Of a DNA stretch of 64,000 nucleotides, positions 57,674 through 64,000 are shown one piece after another. Every line of letters begins with the position of its first letter. Position 1 is the first letter of the stretch. A program made the translations under genes and the position numbers. Below the pieces are notes generated by a model that saw only the letters and a program-made list of their open reading frames with translations, had not been told where the DNA came from and searched no databases. Origin of the DNA: Promethearchaeati archaeon SRVP18_Atabeyarchaeia-1 (GTDB lineage Archaea > Asgardarchaeota > Atabeyarchaeia > Atabeyarchaeales > Atabeyarchaeaceae); assembly GCA_037308085.1 (NCBI GenBank), contig CP147779.1, positions 320,001 to 384,000 on the forward strand. Reading direction: 5' to 3'.

Positions 57674-58279
57674 TTGGCTAGAGGTCCAAGGTACAGAGTT
57701 CCTTTCCGCAGAAGGAGAGAAGGGAAGACCGACTACTACCTTAGGCAGAAACTGCTGCGGTCACGCAAACCGAGAGTAGTAGTCAGGAAAACCTTGAAGA
57801 GTATGATCGTGCAGGTGACGCAGGCAAAACCGGAAGGGGATTTCGTGCTTGCCTCGGCCTTCTCCAAGGAACTTCGAAAGAGCGGTTGGCTAGGTGGGAG
57901 TGGCAACACACCCGCTGCTTACCTCACAGGCTACCTAGCAGGTGTGAGGGCCTCAAAAAAGGGTGTTAAAGAGGCAGTCCTTGACATAGGACTCAATGCT
58001 CCGAGCAACGGATCAAGGATCTTTGCTGCGCTCAAGGGATTTGTGGATGCAGGAATCATGGTTAACCATGATAAAAAGATACTGCCTTCAGAACAACGGA
58101 TCAAGGGAGAACACATATCTAGTTATGCAAAAGGATTGGCTGAAAAGAATCCTGAATACTACCAGAAGAGGTTCTCCGACTACTTGAAGAGGGGGCTAGA
58201 TCCACAGCGTTTGCCGAAGCACTTCAGCGAAGTCAAGGAAAAGATTGGCCCGTCAGGAGGAAAACGAATTGAGTCGTGA
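57674..58279 (+). CDS. rpl18: Ribosomal protein uL18
   Basis: [23 protein letters not shown]. Confidence 0.96.
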   Translation: MARGPRYRVPFRRRREGKTDYYLRQKLLRSRKPRVVVRKTLKSMIVQVTQAKPEGDFVLASAFSKELRKSGWLGGSGNTPAAYLTGYLAGVRASKKGVKEAVLDIGLNAPSNGSRIFAALKGFVDAGIMVNHDKKILPSEQRIKGEHISSYAKGLAEKNPEYYQKRFSDYLKRGLDPQRLPKHFSEVKEKIGPSGGKRIES

Positions 58280-58934
58280 GCGATCACCTCGAGAAAGGGA
58301 AGCCCGGCAAAGGGAGACTGAAGAGTGGGCTCCTAGAACTAGGATAGGAAAACTCGTCAAAGAAGGCCGTATCACTACAATTGAGGATATTTTCAAGTCA
58401 TGTGAGATTATTAGAGAATCGGAAATAGTGGATACGCTGGTCCAGAATCTCGAAGAAGAAGTAATAGACATCAACTTGGTTCAGAAGCAGACCGAATCTG
58501 GTGAGAAGTCGAAGTTCAAGGCAACGGTAATAGTGGGTAATGGAAGTGGCTTGGTCGGGTTAGGAGAAGGAAAGGCAAAGGAAGTGGGCCCAGCGATAAA
58601 GAAGGCTGTTAAGCAGGCTAAGTTGAACATCATCCCTGTTCGATGCGGGTGTGGATCCTGGGAATGCAATTGCGGCGACATCCACTCTTTGCCATTCAAG
58701 ATTGGAGGAGAATCCGGAAGTGTGCGCATTACGCTTGTTCCAGCCCCAAAGGGAGTAGGCCTTGCTGTCGCAGACGTGCCCAAAACGGTGCTTCGCTTAG
58801 CGGGCGTCAAGGACGTCTGGTCCTATGCAAAGGGTCACACACGTTGCACAGTCAACTTCGCAAAAGCGACCTTTAATGCACTGAAGAGAACTTACTCTAT
58901 AGTTTCACCAAAGGATTGGGCAGGGGGAATATAG
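58245..58934 (+). CDS. rps5: Ribosomal protein uS5 (start possibly TTG ~58269)
   Basis: W.PRT..G.LV, CGSWEC, PAPKG.GL. Confidence 0.96.
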   Translation: MARQEENELSRERSPREREARQRETEEWAPRTRIGKLVKEGRITTIEDIFKSCEIIRESEIVDTLVQNLEEEVIDINLVQKQTESGEKSKFKATVIVGNGSGLVGLGEGKAKEVGPAIKKAVKQAKLNIIPVRCGCGSWECNCGDIHSLPFKIGGESGSVRITLVPAPKGVGLAVADVPKTVLRLAGVKDVWSYAKGHTRCTVNFAKATFNALKRTYSIVSPKDWAGGI

Positions 58935-58937
58935 GAA

Positions 58938-59420
58938 ATGAGCGAAGCTGGTCCGAGATTGCTAGTCCTGCGGCTCAGAGGAGACGTCGACGTGAGGGAT
59001 GAAATCAGACAGACACTGAAAATGCTTAAGTTGCACAAGGTCAACCACGCCACTTTAGTAGAGCATAGTGAGAGCTACTTAGGTATGCTGCAGAAAGTCA
59101 AAGACTATGCGACGTGGGGAGAAGTAAGCGTCGCTACGTTGGAGAAGCTTCTAGTGAAGAGGGGCAGAGTGGCAGGGAATGAACCCCTTAACGATAAGTA
59201 TGTGACTAGTAACTCAAAATTCGGCTCTGTAAAGAAATTCACTGAAGCCCTTGCTACGTCCAAGGCTTCCGTCAAAGATCTTCGTGGTCTAAAACCAGTT
59301 TTCCGGCTTCATCCGCCGAGAGGTGGGTTTGACTGGAAGAAGAAGCATTCTTTCAAGGAAGGCGGAGAACTTGGCTATAGGGGAAAGGATATCAACAGGT
59401 TACTGGAAAAGATGATCTAG
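58938..59420 (+). CDS. rpl30: Ribosomal protein uL30
   Basis: TL.ML.L, GML.KV.DY..WGE, FRLHPPRGG. Confidence 0.95.
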   Translation: MSEAGPRLLVLRLRGDVDVRDEIRQTLKMLKLHKVNHATLVEHSESYLGMLQKVKDYATWGEVSVATLEKLLVKRGRVAGNEPLNDKYVTSNSKFGSVKKFTEALATSKASVKDLRGLKPVFRLHPPRGGFDWKKKHSFKEGGELGYRGKDINRLLEKMI

Positions 59421-59433
59421 AGAAAACACATCT

Positions 59434-59892
59434 GTGAAGAGGAATGGTGTTCCAACATTGCCGCCGAGATTCAGGAGAAAAGTAAGGAGACTACGCGGCT
59501 CAAGAACATGTGGCTGGGGTAGAGTAGCGCAGCACAGAGGATCAGGGCACCGAGGGGGATACGGCAACGCGGGTGGCCACAAACACATGTGGAGCAGGGT
59601 CAATGTAGAGACTCCAGGCTACTTCGGGAAGAAGGGATTCAGGCCAAGGAAATTCATCGTCCGTCCAAGAACGATTGATCTTGAAGGAATATCTCAGGCG
59701 CTGGAGGGAATACCTAAGAAGAGCGAGGGGACTGAGAAGAAGATGAAGATCAACATAGTCGAGTTAGGCTATGAGAAAGTGCTTGGGCGAGGCAGGATCG
59801 GTAAACCCATAAATGTCGAAGCGAGAAGCTTCAGCAAAATTGCAAAGGAGAAGATAGAGTCAGCCGGAGGAAAAGCAACAGTAGTGGCTTAA
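59434..59892 (+). CDS. rpl15: Ribosomal protein uL15
   Basis: RGSRT.GWG...HRG.G.RGG.G.AG, FGKKGF, KIE.AGG. Confidence 0.95.
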   Translation: MKRNGVPTLPPRFRRKVRRLRGSRTCGWGRVAQHRGSGHRGGYGNAGGHKHMWSRVNVETPGYFGKKGFRPRKFIVRPRTIDLEGISQALEGIPKKSEGTEKKMKINIVELGYEKVLGRGRIGKPINVEARSFSKIAKEKIESAGGKATVVA

Positions 59893-59953
59893 AAGTAATC
59901 TCATTTGGGAACTTTTCTTCGACAACCAGAGCAGCAAGGATGGTAGCCAGATA

Positions 59954-61402
59954 ATGGTACGCTTCATAGACGTATTTGGATCCATGGCTAGGGTGATTCC
60001 CACTGTAAAATCACCTGACAGAAAAGTTCAGTTTAGAGAGAAACTTGGGTGGACTGTAATTGTACTTGTTATTTTCTTGCTCATGAGTAACATCCCGCTT
60101 TATGGGATTGCCCCAGGCACACAGACGACTGACTATTTGTATTGGATGCGCGTGATACTGGCTTCTACTCATGGAACATTGATGGAACTGGGAATTGGAC
60201 CCATAGTCACGGCGGGTCTGATAATGCAGCTTCTCGCTGGTTCCAAGATAATCAACATAGATCTCTCGAACACTGAAGACAGGTCAAAATTCACTGCATC
60301 CCAGAAGTCTCTTGCAATGCTGATGACCGGTATCCAAGCTTTAGCCTACATTGTGAGCGGAGCTTACGGGTCATTGGCATTAATCAGTTCGATTGTGGTG
60401 TTCCTCCAGCTCATGGTCGCTGGGCTGGTGGTCGTACTGCTTGACGAGCTGACGCAGAAGGGATGGGGGCTGGGCAGCGGAATAAGTCTTTTCATCGTTG
60501 CCAACGTAGCCCAGCAGATCCTGTGGCGCTCCTTCTCTCCAATTCGGGGAGCCGACTCGTATTATGTCGGAGCAGTGCTCGCCTCGTTCCAAGCCTTGGC
60601 CACTGGAGGTCTTCAGGCACTTGGCACGGTGTTTTGGACGAGACCCAGCGATTCCGGCAGTACCTTTGGGTTATTCGCCACAATAGCTGTCTTCGTCGTC
60701 GTAATCTACTTTGAGACCTACAGGGTCAACATACCTCTCCAATATGCGAAGTACAGAGGCTTCAGAGGCAGCTACCCCATAAAGTTGCTCTACGTATCTA
60801 ACATCCCAGTAATCTTGGTTCAATCCCTGTTTGCCACAATACTGTTCTGGGTTCAACTCGTTGCCAAGGGCAACACTGGCGGCTCAGCAAATCCTTGGCT
60901 AAACCTCCTTGGCGTCTTCAACAAGAATATTGATGCAAGCGGAAATATCACCTACCAGCCTATAGGGGGTCTCATATACTACATTACGCCGCCTGTCAAC
61001 GGCCTCGTTAGTGTAATCCGGGATCCGATCCAGGCCATCGTCTACTTGTCGCTGATGGTCTTCCTTTGCGCAGGATTTGCAAGGATCTGGGTCGAGTTGT
61101 CAGGTATCGCACCTAGGGACATTGCCAGCCAGTTACACAGCTCCGGGATGCAGATTCCTGGCTTCAGACGATCGCCTGCCATTATGGAGCAAGTGCTTCA
61201 AAGATACATCCCAGTAGTCGCCCTTCTTGGCGGGATGATTGTGGGTCTGCTAGCCGCGTTGGCAGACTTCTCTGGCGCTCTAGGAACAGGTATGGGAGTA
61301 CTGCTGACGGTTGGCATAATTTACCAGCTATATCAGACCATTGCCCAGGAGCAGCTCGCTGATATGCATCCTGCTATTCGCGGGATGCTGGGTGTCAGTT
61401 AG
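59954..61402 (+). CDS. secY: SecY/Sec61alpha
   Basis: GTLMELGIGPIVT, GLGSGISLFI, YPIKLLY.SNIP, IPGFR. Confidence 0.97.
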   Translation: MVRFIDVFGSMARVIPTVKSPDRKVQFREKLGWTVIVLVIFLLMSNIPLYGIAPGTQTTDYLYWMRVILASTHGTLMELGIGPIVTAGLIMQLLAGSKIINIDLSNTEDRSKFTASQKSLAMLMTGIQALAYIVSGAYGSLALISSIVVFLQLMVAGLVVVLLDELTQKGWGLGSGISLFIVANVAQQILWRSFSPIRGADSYYVGAVLASFQALATGGLQALGTVFWTRPSDSGSTFGLFATIAVFVVVIYFETYRVNIPLQYAKYRGFRGSYPIKLLYVSNIPVILVQSLFATILFWVQLVAKGNTGGSANPWLNLLGVFNKNIDASGNITYQPIGGLIYYITPPVNGLVSVIRDPIQAIVYLSLMVFLCAGFARIWVELSGIAPRDIASQLHSSGMQIPGFRRSPAIMEQVLQRYIPVVALLGGMIVGLLAALADFSGALGTGMGVLLTVGIIYQLYQTIAQEQLADMHPAIRGMLGVS

Positions 61403-61463
61403 GTAAGACGAAATGTGACAAGTGAGCGGACAAGGAGAATGAATTAGAACAGACGGAAAGGAT

Positions 61464-62006
61464 GTGAAAATAGTGGACTTTGCGGAACTCATATTCATAC
61501 CACCGATTTCAACTCTTTTTGTTCTCCTCATATCTGTGACCATGTCGACTTTCACGGCCTTCGTTACAAGCAGGGTAACCGATCAATCCAAACTCAGAAG
61601 ATACAGAAAGGAAATAGCTGAATGGAGACAGATGATGGCCACAGCGAAGAAAACTGGCGACGAGAAACTGGCTTTGGAAGTCCGGAGGAGATCCAAAATA
61701 GTTCAGAATATGCAAAAGCAGGTTGCGACGCAAGGAATGAAGCCGACTTTGATCTTCTTCGTTCCCTTCTTGGTGATCTGGGCGATCCTCAGTGGCTTAT
61801 ACGGATCACGCATAGTGGCCTATGCTCCGTTCAATCTCAGAATCATACCACTTGTCGGACTCCTAATCTCCCCCGGTAGCCTTGGGATAAACCTCTTTGG
61901 ATGGTATCTTCTCTGCAACTTCTCAATAGGCACGATAATCAATAGGTTATTTGGTGTCAACCAAGTCGCAGGTTTATCGCCGACTGGTGGCTTTCCTAGC
62001 AGTTAG
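61464..62006 (+). CDS. DUF106/EMC3-TMCO1 (Oxa1 superfamily) membrane protein
   Basis: TM, coiled coil, MKP...TM, WY.L; usual position after secY. Confidence 0.85.
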   Translation: MKIVDFAELIFIPPISTLFVLLISVTMSTFTAFVTSRVTDQSKLRRYRKEIAEWRQMMATAKKTGDEKLALEVRRRSKIVQNMQKQVATQGMKPTLIFFVPFLVIWAILSGLYGSRIVAYAPFNLRIIPLVGLLISPGSLGINLFGWYLLCNFSIGTIINRLFGVNQVAGLSPTGGFPSS

Positions 62007-62020
62007 AGTGAACTCGCGAG

Positions 62021-62338
62021 GTGCGGTCAATGCCTAGACCTAGTCTAAGAACACGAACAATCAAGCGCAGGAATCTAAGAACTCCCGGTTCTAGAAGCGT
62101 CGTACACTATGATAGGCTTCTGAAGCCGAGCGATGCCAGATGTAGCTCTTGTGGCGCAATTCTGCCAGGAGTTCCAAGATTGCCTCCTTCTAAAATGGCG
62201 AATATCGGCAAAAGCAGAAAGAGACCAAACAGGCCATACGGGGGGCAGCTCTGCTCAAAATGCCTGTCATCGAAGGTAAGGGCACAAGTCTTTGAGCAAA
62301 CTAAGGTCCCTGTGAAAACAGGCAGGAAGTCGAAGTAA
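62021..62338 (+). CDS. rpl34e: Ribosomal protein eL34
   Basis: RTPG, C..CG..L.GV, RPYGG.LC..C. Confidence 0.95.
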   Translation: MRSMPRPSLRTRTIKRRNLRTPGSRSVVHYDRLLKPSDARCSSCGAILPGVPRLPPSKMANIGKSRKRPNRPYGGQLCSKCLSSKVRAQVFEQTKVPVKTGRKSK

Positions 62339-62468
62339 CTGGGCAGATCTAAGATGTCCCTTTGCAGGCACCCCACGTACCCCCAAGTTACTTACCGACC
62401 ATGCGACGCTTGTTCACTGGTCCTGCCTTCGCACCCGTTCTCCGCAGATTCAGCAGGAGATAATCTTA

Positions 62469-63014
62469 ATGGACTCAGGCATAGTCATAGTGATTGGAGG
62501 ATTGCATGGGACTGGCAAGAGTACTTGCGCGAGGCTGCTGGCCGAGAAGCTCAGTCTTCGGTATGTCTCTTCCGGAGGAATCTTTCGTTCGATCGCTAAT
62601 CAAAAGAAAATGACGATTGAGGAGCTTAGCAAGTACGCCGAGAAGCACCATGAGATCGATCGGGAAGTGGATTCCGAGGTGGTTCGAGCCTCGAGAGAAG
62701 GAAACATCGTTATTGAGGGGCAGATTGCGGCGGGTCTTGTCGAGGCGCCGGACATCAAAGTCTTCCTAACTGCTTCCGAGACTGTAAGGATCGACAGGTT
62801 GTCCTGTCGAGACAGGAAGAGTAAGGAAGAGTCATTAAGAGAGACAAAGTTGCGGGAAGCCAGCGAGAGGCGGAGATACATGGAAACCTACGGCATCAAT
62901 GTATCTGATCTCTCAGGCTACAATCTCGTCATAGACACATCCAAATGGTCAGCTGAAGCAGTCACAAGGATAATTGAGAGGTCCGTCGAGGAGTACCTTA
63001 AAGGAAAGGCTTAA
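62469..63014 (+). CDS. cmk: Cytidylate kinase (archaeal type)
   Basis: GLHGTGKST, S.G.IFR, ID..D, RE..E..RY..YGI. Confidence 0.9.
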   Translation: MDSGIVIVIGGLHGTGKSTCARLLAEKLSLRYVSSGGIFRSIANQKKMTIEELSKYAEKHHEIDREVDSEVVRASREGNIVIEGQIAAGLVEAPDIKVFLTASETVRIDRLSCRDRKSKEESLRETKLREASERRRYMETYGINVSDLSGYNLVIDTSKWSAEAVTRIIERSVEEYLKGKA

Positions 63015-63027
63015 AACACGACATACC

Positions 63028-63145
63028 CTTTCACTTGATGAACCAGCACCCTTTAGCAAGGGGGCAACGCTGAGTGCCTCTACCCATCCCGGATGACGGA
63101 CAAAGACACTGGGATGTGCAAGGCACGCGCTGCTGGAGGTGAAAG
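63028..63145 (+). promoter_or_regulatory. Structured leader upstream of rpl14e that pairs with its Shine-Dalgarno sequence (candidate cis-regulatory RNA)
   Basis: Nested stems CTTTCACTT/AGGTGAAAG, CCAGCA/TGCTGG, CCCTT/AAGGG, GTGCCT/AGGCAC, CATCCC/GGGATG. Confidence 0.45.
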
Positions 63146-63150
63146 CACAC

Positions 63151-63432
63151 ATGGCAGCCATCGAAATTGGTAGAATCTGCGTTAAGACGCACGGAAGAGA
63201 AGTGGGGAGTAAGTGCGTTGTCGCTGACCTTATCGACGACAATTTCGTTCTCATAACTGGACCCAAAGATCTCAATGGAATCAAGAGGCGCAGAGTAAAT
63301 ATCAAACACATAGAAGCTACGAGCGACAAGATCAACCTGAAGAAAGGGGCCAGTGACGAAGAAGTCAAGAAGGCCTTACAGGCGGCCGGAAAACTCGAAA
63401 GCATGAACGAGAGGATCAAGATAAAGGCATAG
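63151..63432 (+). CDS. rpl14e: Ribosomal protein eL14
   Basis: IEIGRICVK..GRE.G..CV...ID.NFVL.TGP...G.KRR..N..H.E. Confidence 0.95.
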   Translation: MAAIEIGRICVKTHGREVGSKCVVADLIDDNFVLITGPKDLNGIKRRRVNIKHIEATSDKINLKKGASDEEVKKALQAAGKLESMNERIKIKA

Positions 63433-63547
63433 CTATCAAGGCTTCAACGCCCAGATAGCGTGCGTCAAATCTGACTTTTTCGTAATCTCCTCAGCTGATT
63501 TTTCGGCATGACTCATCCCCTAGATAAATAGGGAAGGGTACGTCAGT

Positions 63548-64000
63548 ATGTGTAAGGTGGTTTCAGCTATGAAAGAGTCGAAGCTTCCGTATGATGTTAA
63601 GAGAGACTTGTTGAGAAAGACTCGTGATCAAACTGACAGCAGGCATGGGTGCGATCCGTCCAAGCGCCAGATCAACGAGTATGTTAGCAAGGGCGTGATC
63701 AACCTTGACAAGCCGGCAGGGCCTACTAGCCATGAAGTCGTTGCCTGGATAAAGAAGATCTTCGGAATAGAGAAGGCCGGTCACGGTGGGACTCTAGAGC
63801 CACTCAGTGCGCACAACTCCGCATCGAGCGGTGGGGTAATCCTAGGGTGACTGGACTTCTTCCAGTGACTTTGAGCAGCGCGACTAGGCTTGTTCAGGCA
63901 ATTCTGCCTGCAGGTAAGGAATATGTCTGCGTTATGACGCTTCACGGAGATGTCCCAGAAAAGAAACTAGTTGAAGTTTGTAACGAGTTTGAAGGACCGA
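63548..64000 (+). CDS. cbf5: Cbf5 H/ACA pseudouridine synthase, interrupted by a 41-nt BHB intron at 63798-63838; runs off the window
   Basis: LDKP.GPTSHEV..W.K...AGHGGTL|[10 protein letters not shown]...KEYVC.M.LH after splicing; the unspliced frame stops at 63850. Confidence 0.93.
63798..63838 (+). other. BHB intron in cbf5 mRNA (41 nt)
   Basis: Exon stem GGGA/UCCU, central helix CUCU/GGGG, bulges AG^A and UA^A, intron stem GCC-CUC/GAG-GGU. It splits the catalytic Asp codon G|AU. Confidence 0.9.

Noticed and set aside
62339-62468. Possible ncRNA between rpl34e and cmk
   Set aside because: Only short stems; no 5S, SRP, C/D or H/ACA hallmarks I could confirm.
1-64000. CRISPR arrays, rRNA genes, selenoprotein/SECIS signals
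   Set aside because: No regularly spaced repeats, rRNA-like sequence or in-frame TGA at conserved Cys positions were seen.

Overview
Chromosomal window from an archaeon, almost certainly an Asgard lineage: it carries a complete ubiquitin E1/E2/E3/DUB cluster next to ESCRT-I, ESCRT-II and Vps4, plus a small Ras/Arf-like GTPase. Other content: SIS sugar isomerase, PfkB kinase, CooC, HDAC, intein-containing PolB, LeuRS, the nurA-herA-mre11-rad50 operon, five tRNA genes, psmB, aCPSF1, Sm, and a long rearranged S19-to-secY-to-cbf5 ribosomal cluster. The strongest signal is pervasive bulge-helix-bulge (BHB) splicing. The five tRNAs carry 13 introns, none at the canonical 37/38 site and one inside the anticodon. 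Two protein-coding genes are also interrupted: cbf5 (site known from Crenarchaeota) and an endonuclease Q gene (54-nt BHB intron with two in-frame stops; I know no precedent, and the ORF track misses this gene). Also notable: three conserved genes that apparently need AUA/AUU/AUC starts, a tnpB flanked by IS6-like terminal inverted repeats and a target-site duplication inside the ESCRT operon, an IscB/HEARO-like miniature element, a Rad50 without a zinc hook, and an inverted, displaced rps14. All assignments come from reading motifs by eye; no searches were run.
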